Under the pieces are notes generated by a model. That model saw only the letters and a list, made by a program, of their open reading frames with translations. It searched no databases and was not told where the DNA came from. From Phoronis australis (taxonomy: Eukaryota > Animalia > Phoronida), in the NCBI GenBank assembly GCA_002633005.1, contig NMRA01001001.1, positions 16,675 to 73,588 on the forward strand: a stretch of DNA of 56,914 nucleotides, written 5' to 3'. Each line of letters opens with the position of its first letter. Position 1 is the stretch's first letter. A program made the position numbers and the translations under genes. Of the stretch, positions 27,301-38,576 are shown one piece after another.

Positions 27301-27452
27301 CGCCATCTTGAATTGCAAAATGTGCTCAAAGTTGCACTAAGTGCAACCAAGCTAATTTTGTTCTCCTGGTCATATTTAATATATTTCAACAAAAAACTTT
27401 ACACTAATCAACATTGCAGGGTTCACTATGGGAGCTGTTGGGCTTGCGACTA
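24320..27452 (-). mobile_element. Degenerate Academ-type DNA transposon
   Basis: Minus-strand fragments CLKEMLTYFFVAGQHNCVRY and LSPLP...GSLRKGN resemble Academ transposase motifs, with a decayed Cys-rich end near 24600-24700. Inverted repeat 24329-24395 vs 27150-27217. Right end CTA equals the 5'-TAG terminus. Left terminus not found. Confidence 0.65.
26375..26915. mobile_element. Probable MITE nested in the Academ relic
   Basis: Tandem ACTCCGA(A) motifs at 26391-26435 face inverted TTCGGAGT motifs at 26861-26902. No clean TSD. Confidence 0.4.
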
Positions 27453-27602
27453 GACAACAAGTGTCTCATATTTATCTAAACATTTATTTGTTATAATCAC
27501 TACAAAACAATAACTTTTTAAAACCACTCTGAGGTGGTGGCGTATTACAACTATCATTAAAATCTCGTGATATATTTACACCGACCTCTAGTCTATATAC
27601 AC

Positions 27603-27645
27603 TGTCACGACGTTTCGGTCGGTCTATTCTCCGGCTATCGTCAGG
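27603..27645 (-). ncRNA. Degenerate minimal hammerhead-ribozyme-like motif in the Penelope pseudo-LTR
   Basis: Minus strand reads CTGACGA-t-AGCCGG-agaataga-CCGACC-GAAAC-gtcgtg. The cleavage triplet looks non-canonical. The sense copy at about 28817-28845 has lost the GAAAC core. Confidence 0.5.
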
Positions 27646-27727
27646 TTTTTCTGCGTTCTTAGAAGAACGAGCACAGATATGTGGTACACTCATGGTGTGA
27701 TTTTTTGTCCGAGGCAGGATTTGACCC

Positions 27728-28634
27728 CCCGAAGAGGTGGAAACTATACGTTGATGGCACATTCACAATATTCAACCAAGACTCAGAAAATCCATCAGAG
27801 TTCCTTGACCATCTGAACAACATAGCGCCTACAATTAGATTCACAATGGAAGAAGAGACAAATAACAGTCTCCCTTTCCTAGACGTACTAGTGACTCGTG
27901 TCGAAGGACAGTTAACAACGTCAGTCTACTATAAGAAGACCCACACAGAACGATGCCTTGACTTCAACTCCAACCACATCAAAGGAGTCAAGAAGGGTAT
28001 AATCAAATGCCTTGCATTAAGATCGAAAGAAATCTGCAGTGATACAGCACTCCAAGCAGAAATGACCAACCTAACGGAGACATTCGAAGGAAATGGCTAC
28101 CCAAGGGATTTCATCAAGTCGGCTTTAACATCGCAGAGAAAAGAGAAAGTGGCAGAAGAACGCCCACTGCAGCTTATGTGCTTACCGTGTATTCACGGAA
28201 TAACCAAGAAACTAGGACGCATATGTATAGAATTTAAAATAACAGTATACCGCAGATCAGACAGAATGGGTCGCCAATTGACAAAAGTCAAACCAAGAAC
28301 TGACATGGGGAAAAAGAAAAATGTTATCTATGGAATTCCATGTGAATGTGGTGAATCATATATCGTTGAAACATTAAGACCACTGGAGACGAGAATTGCT
28401 GAACATAAGAGGTGTTGTAGAGAGGGTAATACCTCATCAGGAGTAGCAGAACACATGTGGTCGAAACACACTATCCAGTGGAATAACAGCCGAATACTTG
28501 ACAGTGAAACAGGTGGGACTAAGAGAGAGATAAAGGAAGCCATGTACATGAAAGTACAAGGCAATGTCTTCAGTCAGCCAAGCAAACAACCAAGTGACGC
28601 CTGGCTCAGTCTACTTAGGAAGGTTCAAGTATAA
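27728..28634 (+). pseudogene. Penelope-like RT C-terminus plus GIY-YIG endonuclease (truncated)
   Basis: YVDG (for YVDD), IRFTMEEE, LPFLDV, NGYP, VIYGIPCECGESYIVET, RIAEH and REIKEA motifs. Confidence 0.9.
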
Positions 28635-28659
28635 TAAAAATTCCTCTAAGTAAATGGAT

Positions 28660-28755
28660 GACTCCGTGGTGCAGTGGTTAAGGTGTTGCGGTTAAGGTGC
28701 TGGACTAGAGTTTTCTGTAGTTTCAGAAGTCTTGAGTTCAAATCCTGCCTCGGAC
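28660..28755 (+). pseudogene. tRNA-derived sequence (Ser-AGA-like) in the Penelope 3' region
   Basis: A box TGGTGCAGTGG (28667-28677), GGTTAAGG..TGGACTAGA, B box GAGTTCAAATCC (28734-28745), acceptor-like TCCGTGG/CCTCGGA. An internal duplication disrupts the cloverleaf. Confidence 0.6.
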
Positions 28756-29079
28756 AAAACGTACACCATGAGTGTTCTACTTATCCGTGCTCGTTCGTCT
28801 AAGAACGCGGGAACACCTGACGATGGCCGGAGAATACACCGACAGTGTATATAGACTACAGGTCGGTGTAATTAGATCAAGAGATTTTAATAATAGTTGT
28901 ACTACAAAACAACATCAAATAATACACTTTTTATGTTTCAATTACTTTCCTTGTACTCAATTTCAGATATTATTTTTGTTATACTTGTAAAATATACTAG
29001 TAAAGTTTAGCAGTTCGCATACAATTCCTTTCAACACAACGTGTTCAAAGATCTGTTTGGTAGCCTCTATGGGCTAGTG

Positions 29080-30300
29080 ATTCACAATGTTGCGTCTAAA
29101 CATCACAAAATTTAGTTGTAAAAACTAAATGTGATACAGACGTGACGTGAAGCATTTCTCGCAAGCACTTCCAGTATGCCGTTAACACAGTACTCGCAAC
29201 GACCTCTTTTAGCAACTTCTATGGATCAGCGACCAACACTGTTGTAGGTAACGTTAAGCGAAACAACTTCTTTTCTGGTCTTCTTTCCTGGTGCAGGTTT
29301 CGGAGACTTAATCTCGTCCAACGGTGGCCGGCCTCGCTTGGGAGCTTTGCACAGTTTTGTCGCAATAAGGGTCCGGAAAGTTCTCAGCTTTGTGCTTCGA
29401 CGAACACAGTTTTTTTTGGTACAACAGCCAAGCATTGGCAACAATAACGAATATAATGTACCACCTTCCGGATGTGACACCGTACTTTTACTTTGCTGAC
29501 AGAGCATCCAACAGGTCGACACCACCCATAAAGTTATTGCACTGGTTGCACAAAAACGGCCTTGGAATTAAGACATGGGCCTCAGAGCTCTTGTCTCATA
29601 TTCTAACATTATCAGTTGGACTACCGCCAAAAAGGCGACATGACAGTTACTGGCTTGTTGCCATACCTGTGCACAACGCAGATGTATTCGTCGATCTCAA
29701 CTTTTTCTTCAAATGAACCTCTTCATTATTTTTGAGACTGCGCCCATGGATACGATTGTATCATTTGCTAGTAGTGGTTCATCGTCACTGTCAGAGCTTT
29801 CATCATGGTCATCAAGTTGCTAGGGAACGAAGTTACCTTCATCATCATGATCATCATCACTAACTATGCCCTCCAAGTCACTTTTATTTCCATCTAACAA
29901 ATGTGACGCATCACCCAACTCGAGGGTTTCCTCTTTGTTTTGAATCTGATAATTAAAAGGAATTCGATTAGCCCATTCGATTTCGGTACCAAATGTTTCC
30001 AAGTAAAAATATTGACAAATAGTAAGTACTAAACAATAACATTAGTTCACGAAAACGCTAGTTGAGATCCTATACAATCATAATGTTGAATGTGATGGCA
30101 AAGAGAAAACGGACGAACGAGCTGGTAGCATAAAAAGCAAATTGTTTACTTTATTTACACAAAAATTAAAATCTACCATATCAAACTTAGATACTGTTTA
30201 GAAGAATAAATATATTGCTCAAAAGAAAAAAGAACAAACTACTGCACTTTTGTAAAAAATATTTAGCACTTCCGGTCATATCGGACTAGTGTGCAGTTGA
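29080..30300 (-). mobile_element. piggyBac (PGBD-like) transposase relic with an internal deletion
   Basis: NNFMGGVDLLDAL, RWY and NAWLLY motifs, C-terminal KRGRP..YNSVG..RGRC Cys-rich tail, and an acidic N-terminal tract at 29770-30000. Termini not identified. Confidence 0.75.
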
Positions 30301-30970
30301 CTGAACAATGCTCTCCGTATTTTTCAATATTTAAAGTGTCTCCCGTAATTTAAACGTGTCTTCCGTCATTATGAGTGATAAGCCAGCACCAAATTCAAAG
30401 AAAAGGAGACAAGCTAGTAAAAACAGCGAGCACGAAGCAGGCCACGTTGGACGAAAGTCTTGCAGGCATTGCCGGGAAATCGAGCCGACATGAAGTATGT
30501 CTAAAAGACGAGTTTAAAGCTGCACTTATGGATCCAGAAGTTATTTTGACATTTAAGAATATGTTTCAAGGCTGGCTAGATGAAAAGTGAACTTTCTGCA
30601 GGCTTAGAAATTCAGTGTGTGGAAAAGTTGAAAGAAAATGACCAGGAAATAACTACGATAAGGCAAAAACTGTCCAATTTGAGGCAAAAGTATGACTCTG
30701 ATATTGTCGCCTTACAAGAAGAGTGTGATAAGCAGCAACAGTATAGCAGGAGAAATGTTCTAGTTATTGCTGGTAAAAAAGAGACAGAGGGAGAATCAAC
30801 TGATAAAATTGTGTTAGAATTGGCTAAGAAAATGGGTGCCAATACCAATGAGGCCGATATAAGTAGAAGTCACAGAATAGGACGCGCTTCAGTCAAGCAT
30901 AGCAGCCAGTCAATTCAGACACTATGCCGTCCTATTGTGGTTAAGTTTACCACATACAATCACATACTAT

Positions 30971-30995
30971 CTGCGCATGCTCGAAAAATGGCGGC
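30971..30995 (+). promoter_or_regulatory. Candidate internal Pol II promoter motifs at the LINE 5' end (NRF1-like TGCGCATGC, YY1-like AAAATGGCGG)
   Basis: Both motifs lie within 35 nt of the TSD-defined 5' end. Confidence 0.4.
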
Positions 30996-31726
30996 AGCCT
31001 TTTAAATTCGCTCCTGTTCAATGGATGATTCTGAGTGGCAAATTGTACGTAAACGTAAACCAAGCAAGGACAGTAGCGAGTTAAGGACAACTATGAACCG
31101 TACAGGTAGCAAAAAGTCTAATTCTCAACCTACAATTAGTGAAGCTATATCTAGCATGCCGACCTACCCAGCTCCACGTGATCATCAAGGTGAGATATCT
31201 GAACTCATATTGAAAGAAATCCTAGATCTAGAGTCTGCACAAGATGGGCTTAGAAAAACGTTTGAATCAAAAATGGATAAAATACGCAATGAGGTTACAA
31301 ATTCAATTGATATCAAGCTAAAATCTTTCAAGGCGGATATTGATATGGATTTTGCACGTCTTGAAAACCGCGTCAACGCATTGGAGAAGCATTACACTCA
31401 TGGTTCAGATTTAGTTATTCAGAACTACCCTTTGAAAAACAATGACTTGTGTATTATCGCATCAGTCATTGTCAACGCAACCCGACCTTTAGGTGAAGTG
31501 ATTGAGGAATTGTTATGTAGCATGGACCTGTCTTCAGATATGACCTTACTGGACTGCACCCGTCTGAATCCTCGACAGGGGGATACTAGACCTCCCTTGG
31601 TCAAATTTGCGGTTGAGTCACTGGCTCAAAAAATTCTAGTGTTGCGGAACAAGCAAAAGTTAAAGGGGACGCCTATATTTCAACGAGTTTTTCTTCGTGG
31701 AAGCAAATCTCACACGGACAGGTTAA

Positions 31727-32104
31727 TAGCTCACTTGCGAGTTTCTCGCTAGTCACTGTGACGTCACCGGAAAGGGGGCAAAACCCGCCATATTGCTCTT
31801 GTTTTGCCCCGAGTCTTTGCTACACACGCTAAAACTTACTGGAGTTCTTATGGTGAATTTTACGCTTAAAACGTTAAAACAACTTAAGATATGGTAGATG
31901 GGTCGTGGAATAACTGTGAATAGACGAAGAAAATGTGACCTTGTTATGTTGTGCGAAGCTGTGAACGGACTGAAATTGGAACTTAACCCGCTCTAGGCCT
32001 GAATGGCGCAGGCATACAATGTACAGGGGCGATAGTGTATCCCCATAAAAAGATATTCACTTCAAAATACAGCAAATAAAATCAAATGAAACATGCATAT
32101 GTGC
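31727..32104. mobile_element. Probable non-autonomous DNA transposon end truncating the RTEX-like ORF1 and running into the gap
   Basis: ORF1-like sequence stops after DRLI and is followed by ATAG...GTGACGTCAC...CCGCCATATTG, a MITE-like terminal motif. The other end is hidden. Confidence 0.4.
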
Positions 32105-33013
32105 NNNNNNNNNNNNNNNNNNNNNNNNNNNNNNNNNNNNNNNNNNNNNNNNNNNNNNNNNNNNNNNNNNNNNNNNNNNNNNNNNNNNNNNNNNNNNNNN
32201 NNNNNNNNNNNNNNNNNNNNNNNNNNNNNNNNNNNNNNNNNNNNNNNNNNNNNNNNNNNNNNNNNNNNNNNNNNNNNNNNNNNNNNNNNNNNNNNNNNNN
32301 NNNNNNNNNNNNNNNNNNNNNNNNNNNNNNNNNNNNNNNNNNNNNNNNNNNNNNNNNNNNNNNNNNNNNNNNNNNNNNNNNNNNNNNNNNNNNNNNNNNN
32401 NNNNNNNNNNNNNNNNNNNNNNNNNNNNNNNNNNNNNNNNNNNNNNNNNNNNNNNNNNNNNNNNNNNNNNNNNNNNNNNNNNNNNNNNNNNNNNNNNNNN
32501 NNNNNNNNNNNNNNNNNNNNNNNNNNNNNNNNNNNNNNNNNNNNNNNNNNNNNNNNNNNNNNNNNNNNNNNNNNNNNNNNNNNNNNNNNNNNNNNNNNNN
32601 NNNNNNNNNNNNNNNNNNNNNNNNNNNNNNNNNNNNNNNNNNNNNNNNNNNNNNNNNNNNNNNNNNNNNNNNNNNNNNNNNNNNNNNNNNNNNNNNNNNN
32701 NNNNNNNNNNNNNNNNNNNNNNNNNNNNNNNNNNNNNNNNNNNNNNNNNNNNNNNNNNNNNNNNNNNNNNNNNNNNNNNNNNNNNNNNNNNNNNNNNNNN
32801 NNNNNNNNNNNNNNNNNNNNNNNNNNNNNNNNNNNNNNNNNNNNNNNNNNNNNNNNNNNNNNNNNNNNNNNNNNNNNNNNNNNNNNNNNNNNNNNNNNNN
32901 NNNNNNNNNNNNNNNNNNNNNNNNNNNNNNNNNNNNNNNNNNNNNNNNNNNNNNNNNNNNNNNNNNNNNNNNNNNNNNNNNNNNNNNNNNNNNNNNNNNN
33001 NNNNNNNNNNNNN
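32105..33013. other. Assembly gap (N run) inside the RTEX-like LINE
   Basis: Run of N. Confidence 1.
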
Positions 33014-36000
33014 GCAGTCTTGTCTTAAATTTGAGGTCCATGCTTGTACAGAGGTAGTTGACAAACATCATTTACAGGGTTTGTTGTCGGAAAAGTCAAA
33101 ACTGCCTGATCACAGTGTATTGTTATTAGAAATTATGCTACACGTTCCAGTGAATATCAGTGACGAAACTGTAGAGGATCACGGTACGGATTACTCTTTT
33201 GATATGCGATTTAGAAAGCGGTTTAAATTAAATTATATCCCTAGTGAATTCATGGACAATGAGATTTTTAAAAGGGCGATTGGAGAGTTGCTTTTGATAT
33301 TAGAAAATGAGTGTCGAAGGCAATATGAAGTCGATGAGATCTATAACTCCCTCTGCGAAATCATAAAAACAGAAATGGAATTGTATTTAAAATGTACTCA
33401 AAGTTGTAATAAAAATCTGAAAAAAAGATTTAAGGCAAACAAGCCCTTTTGGAATGATGAATTAACGCAGCTTTGGAAAAATGTGGCCAAAAAGAAAAAG
33501 TATTTCTCAAAGAAAAAAATAATAAACGTCGAAGGGAGCGAATGTATGAATACAAGAACTCTAGATATTACTTTGGCAAAAGATTCAGGTTTTTAAAAAG
33601 GCAGTATTTGAAAAATAAATTAACACTTATTGAAGAATCATGTGAAAATGACCCCAATGTTTTTTGGAAGGAACTCAAGAGCTTGGGACCTCAGCTCAAG
33701 AAGAGACATGAAAATACTATTCCCTCAGAAAGATGGGAGGCCAATTTCAGAGATTTGTTTGTGAAAATTCCAATGGCTGAAAGAAACATAGATGATTTGG
33801 AGAAAGCAATGCAATATTCTGAACTTTCGGGTCATGTAAAAGAAGTACTGGAAAAAAGTTTTTCTTTTTTGAAGTCTATTCTGTTATTCGCACATTAAAA
33901 TCACGTAAGGCCACTGGTATAGACGGTATCCCATACGAATTGCTGAGATCTCCAGAGATGGTTAATATTTTAGTCTCGCTCTTTCAGAAGGTCTTTGACA
34001 CTGGATTTACCCCATCATTATGGTATAAAGCGATTATCACCCCTATACCGAAAGGGTCAGATAGAAATTTGAAATTACCGTCCAACTATAGAGGCATAAG
34101 TCTGCTCTCCACTGTGAGCAAAGTGTATTGTAATGTAAGTTTCTGAATTTCGAACACAGACTGAATGAAGAACAAAATGGCTTTCGACAGGGGAGGTCTT
34201 GCCTTGACCACGTGTTTACACTAACGTCTATTGTTGAAATAGAATAGCTTGTAATAAACCAACGTTTGCGATATTCGTGGATATGGAACGGGCTTTTGAC
34301 AATTTAGATAGAAACTTCTTATTGAAAAAATTAATTAATTTAGGAGTGGTTGGATAATTCTATCATTCAGTAAAATCGTTGTATGCGCAGACAGAAGCCT
34401 GTGTACAATTAGGTCTGTCAAGTTATACCAACTGGTTTCCAGTACAAAGAGGGGTCAGGCAGGGAGATCCATTGTCGCCTACATTGTTTTCAATTTTCAT
34501 AAATGATTTGAACAGTTGTAGCAAAGGTATCAATTTTGATGGATGTAATTTATCATGTCTGTTGTATACAGATGGCATTCTGGTAATGAAGCCTATTTAC
34601 AGGATTTACTGAACGTATTGAGTAATTGATGTGCAAGGTGGCAAATGTCTGTAAATTTTTCCAAGACTGATGTGGTTCATTTTCGCAAGAGGGGACATGT
34701 AAGAACGTGTTTTGAATTCATTTTGTGCGATGGCATTGTGGATTTAAAAGAACGTTATAAGTATTTGGGTGTAACTCTGAATGAGTTTATGGATTTCAGT
34801 TTGACAGCTGAAGTACTGGCAGACTCCGCGTCCAGAGCGTTGGGAGCTCTGGTGAGCAAGTACAAACATATTGGTAACATGGGTTTCAACAGTTACAGTA
34901 AATGTTTTGAAATGTCCGTAGCTTCAATTCTAGAATATGGATCTGGAATTTGGGGATACTCTCAATACTCCAAATGTAAAATGATCAGAACGAGAGCACT
35001 ACGTATATTTTTAGGGGTCCACAAGTATGCCGCCAATGCAGTACTTTATGGCGACTCGGGTTGGCCAAATTCACACTACAAACAACAGGAAAATATGCTA
35101 CGGCTGTGGAATCGTTTAGTTCTTATGGATGAAAGCAGAATTGCAAAAAAAGTCTTTTTATGGGACCTTAAACATCGGAACTCCTGCAACTGGTCAAATT
35201 CAATATTTAAAATTATGGAGAAGTGCGACTTTTTAGAAAATTTCAGGAACAAACAAGTTGTGTCTCTCGAAAACTTCAGAACATTCAGGTTCCAGTTAGA
35301 AGAGTTAAATTGGTTAAAAATAATCACTGAGAAACCAAAACTGTACTTATATAGATCTATTAAGAATGACTATTGTGTAGAAGAGTATTTACGTCTGCCG
35401 GTGTCTCAGAGCTCCGTCATAGCTCGATTGAGAGCAGGTATTCTACCATTAGAGGTTGAGGTGGGGCGGTACTTCGGCATTCCTGTGAATGAACGGATTT
35501 GTCGTGTTTGTAAAAAAAGGAATTGAAGATGAAGTTCATTTCATTTTTGATTGTGAAAAATATACTCACATCCTACCTCAAATATTCCAAAATAACTTGA
35601 AAGGTCTAGCGAAATTCATTCAAGTCGCTTTGCAGGTTAGACGTAATTGTTTGTTTATAAACTAGTCTGAAGTGGTCATATTTGAGCTTGTGCAATTTGT
35701 TATGTAATGATTTAATTATTATTAGGTGACTGAGTAAGCCCATTGAGGCTGGGGGTGTGGTGAATAATCTGTCTTTGATATTGTATTTACTGGTACCCTT
35801 ATGTCACTATAATGAATGAATAAATAATACAATGCTCGTTCAAATTTCTTTCGTCAACGTAAGTCCTTGAAATATGTTGATGCTGGCGTTTATGTCAACG
35901 AGAGTCTTACCAAGCGAAGGGCAAAACTACTCAAAGGGTTAAGGGATCTTGGTGCGAGGGGAAGAGTGAAAGGCTACTGGACCTACGATGGGAAAATATA

Positions 36001-36092
36001 TCTGAAAGACTGGTCGGATAAGGCACATCAAGTTATAGATATGGATTTTATCCAAGACATTCATTAGTGGAGATTCCTGTGTGGCACATTGG

Positions 36093-37912
36093 CTAATGGA
36101 TTCATTGACACCAGCATTCAGAAGGCTAGTATGCCAGGGTTTCCTGGGTGTCTGGAACATGTTGCTATGATCTGGGGAAAGAATAGGGAAGCGAAGAGAG
36201 ATAAGAATGAGCAACATGTGATCTGGTTAGATCTTGCCAATGCTTATGGATCTGTTCCACACAGCATTTTGAGACTGGCAATGGAGTTTTTCATATGCCA
36301 GAGGTTGCAGAGTTGCTTAATGTTGTATTTTGATCAGTTCAAGCTGCGTTTCACTATGGCGAAGTATACAACAAAGTATGTGAGTCTGGAGGAAGGAATT
36401 GCAATAGGATGTGCCATTTAACCAATCCTATTTGTAATTGTAATGGAGATGATCATTAGAGGTCTCAATGAAAAGCAGAGGAACTTCCAGGAGCAGGTGA
36501 GACTCGGGGCGTTTATGGATGATCTAACAATCTGTTGCAAGGAGAGTTCTACAAAAACTTACTGAGCTTATTGGCTGGAGCAGAATGGCTTTCAAACCCA
36601 AGAAGAGCAGGGTGTTGTCTCTCAGAAAGGGTGCTGTTGTGAACGTCGTTGACTTTGACATTGCAGGAGAAAGAATTCCAACTGTGGGTGAGCAAGGAGT
36701 AAATAGCCTAGGAAGGTGGTATAGTTTCCCACTAACAGATTGTCATCGGGGAGTGGAATTACAGCGACAGGCAGAGGGTGGTTTGCTAAGTATCCACAAA
36801 TCTGGCTTGCCAGGAAATTTTAAGGTGTGGTGTATGCACTTTGGTTTGCTACCAAGACTCATGTGGCCAATGACCATCTATGAGAAAACTCTGTCTAGAG
36901 TTGAGATGATTGAGCGTAAGATCAGCAAAATGGAGAGAAAGTGGCTTGGTTTATCCAGGATTCTCTCATCAGTAGCACTGTAAAGTAAGCACAGTAAGTT
37001 GCGTTTACCAATTACGTCTGTTATAGAGGTTGCAAAGGTCAGGCTGCAATCTAAGTTATGTGAATCGAAGGACAACACCATAAGAGTCAAACCACCAAAG
37101 CTAAATACTGGTAGGAAGTGGAAATTGAGTGAAACAACGACTACTGCAATTGAGACGGCTCATCAGAAGGAACTTGTTGATGTGGTGAGAGATGGTAGAA
37201 GAGGTATTGGTGGGACCCAGAGGGAACATTTTTAGTATGAGGCAAGGGGGTCAGAAAGAAGGAAACTGCGTGAGCCAGAAGTCCGGAAATGGAGGAGGAG
37301 CGTCGGTTGGAAGCAAGTACGAACAGTGTCAAGAGACCAACTACTGTCAATAGGCATTGGACGGTTAGAATAGACAAGACACTTCCAGAGGGATTGCTCC
37401 TGTCTGGTTTGCTTCCCGATGTAGTGTTGCTCGATGAAGTGAGAAAACATCGTGTTCTTGGTGAACTAACAGTTGCATGGGGAGAGGGTTTCTGTGAAGT
37501 CTATTAACGTAAACTGTTACGGTATGCAGATCTTGCAACGGAAATCCAGAGGAAAGTTTACAGCTGTGAACTGATTCCATTTGAGGTGGGATGTCGAGGT
37601 TTTTCGTCTTCACGTTTATGGAGGTTTCTGAAGGTTGCTGGTGTGAATCATTCCAGGCAGGTGGTCAGGGTGTGTGGACAGAAAGCTGTGGAGGGCAGCA
37701 CATGGATTATGCGGAAGTTCATGTCCGATAGTTATTAGAATGGCGTTAGGACTTGATGGCCAACTGCAACGCAACTACAGACCAGCTATTGCGGGCCCAC
37801 CGTGTGGAGAGATTCTGAACTTAATGGGCCGAAATCTTGAGGAAGCACGGCGCTCAGCTGATGATTGCAGTTGGCCGTGGAGCACAACCATCTATCTTTG
37901 TGTATATAATTG
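36093..37912 (+). mobile_element. 5'-truncated Hero-like (R2-group, restriction-like endonuclease) non-LTR retrotransposon
   Basis: DTSIQKA..PGFPGCLEH, WLDLANAYGSVPH, FMDDLT, FKPKKSR, SGLPG.FKVWC and C-terminal PDVVL..ELTVAW..EVGCRGF motifs. Flanked by a 51-bp imperfect direct repeat at 36042-36092 and 37913-37963. Confidence 0.85.
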
Positions 37913-38114
37913 TGGACTTTATCCAAAACATTCATCAGTGGAGATTTCTGTGTGGCACACTGGAACTGTCTTTTTGTAATTTATTTGAGTTGGTTGGAAA
38001 TACCTTGTGCCATTATGAACTGGAAGGAGACTACAGTTCACTGGTCAGTTTATTTGTCCATGTTCTCCTCTATTTTGTTTATTCATTATTTTTTGATTTA
38101 TGCTTTGATTGTGA

Positions 38115-38138
38115 GTGTGTGCGTGCGTGCGTGCGTGC

Positions 38139-38181
<43 letters not shown>
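38115..38181 (+). repeat. Compound (GCGT)n/(GT)n microsatellite in the L1 inter-ORF spacer
   Basis: Seen directly. Copy A has only a short GT tract at the homologous site. Confidence 0.95.
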
Positions 38182-38185
<4 letters not shown>

Positions 38186-38576
38186 TATACCCGGCCCTAC
38201 CTGCCTACCCTGTAAGTTTTTGTAATACTTCTATTGTAAAAGTAGTTTCTATTTCCTTCTATGATTGGAATTAATATATTTTCAGATAATTGCTAGGGTT
38301 TAGGAACCCCAGAAAAAAGAAGAGATGCCTTTAATTATACAAGAAGTAAAGCATTTAATATATATTATCTACAAGACACTCACTTTGCTTGTGATTTGGA
38401 GCCGTACATTGAATCTCAGTGGGGTTACACATGTTATTTCAGCACTTACAAGAGCAATTCAAGAGGAGTAGATATAATATTTAACAATAAGTTTGAGTTT
38501 ACTGTTGAACATGTGAGAAAGGATCCTACGGGAAATTACGTTGTTATAGAACTAATTATGGAGGGAGAGAGGATCA

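Larger units (their letters stand above)
27511..28900 (+). mobile_element. 5'-truncated Penelope-like element with an inverted 5' pseudo-LTR
   Basis: About 27545-27727 is the reverse complement of about 28735-28900. 12-bp TSD ACTACAAAACAA at 27499-27510 and 28901-28912. Confidence 0.9.
30961..35826 (+). mobile_element. Apparently full-length RTEX-like LINE (clade uncertain): ORF1 31021 to about 31727, ORF2 about 33020-35650
   Basis: 7-bp TSD ATACAAT at 30954-30960 and 35827-35833. Coiled-coil ORF1 with PPLVKF and VFLRGSKSH. RT motifs [32 protein letters not shown]-terminal LEVEVGRY..ERICRVC..EDEVHFIFDC. AATG/AATA tail. Confidence 0.85.

Noticed and set aside
28660-28755. Functional tRNA gene
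   Set aside because: Duplicated D-arm segment, broken stems and location inside a retroelement. Reported as tRNA-derived only.
32057-33071. Long ORFs of 311-335 aa
   Set aside because: Artefacts of translating the N gap.
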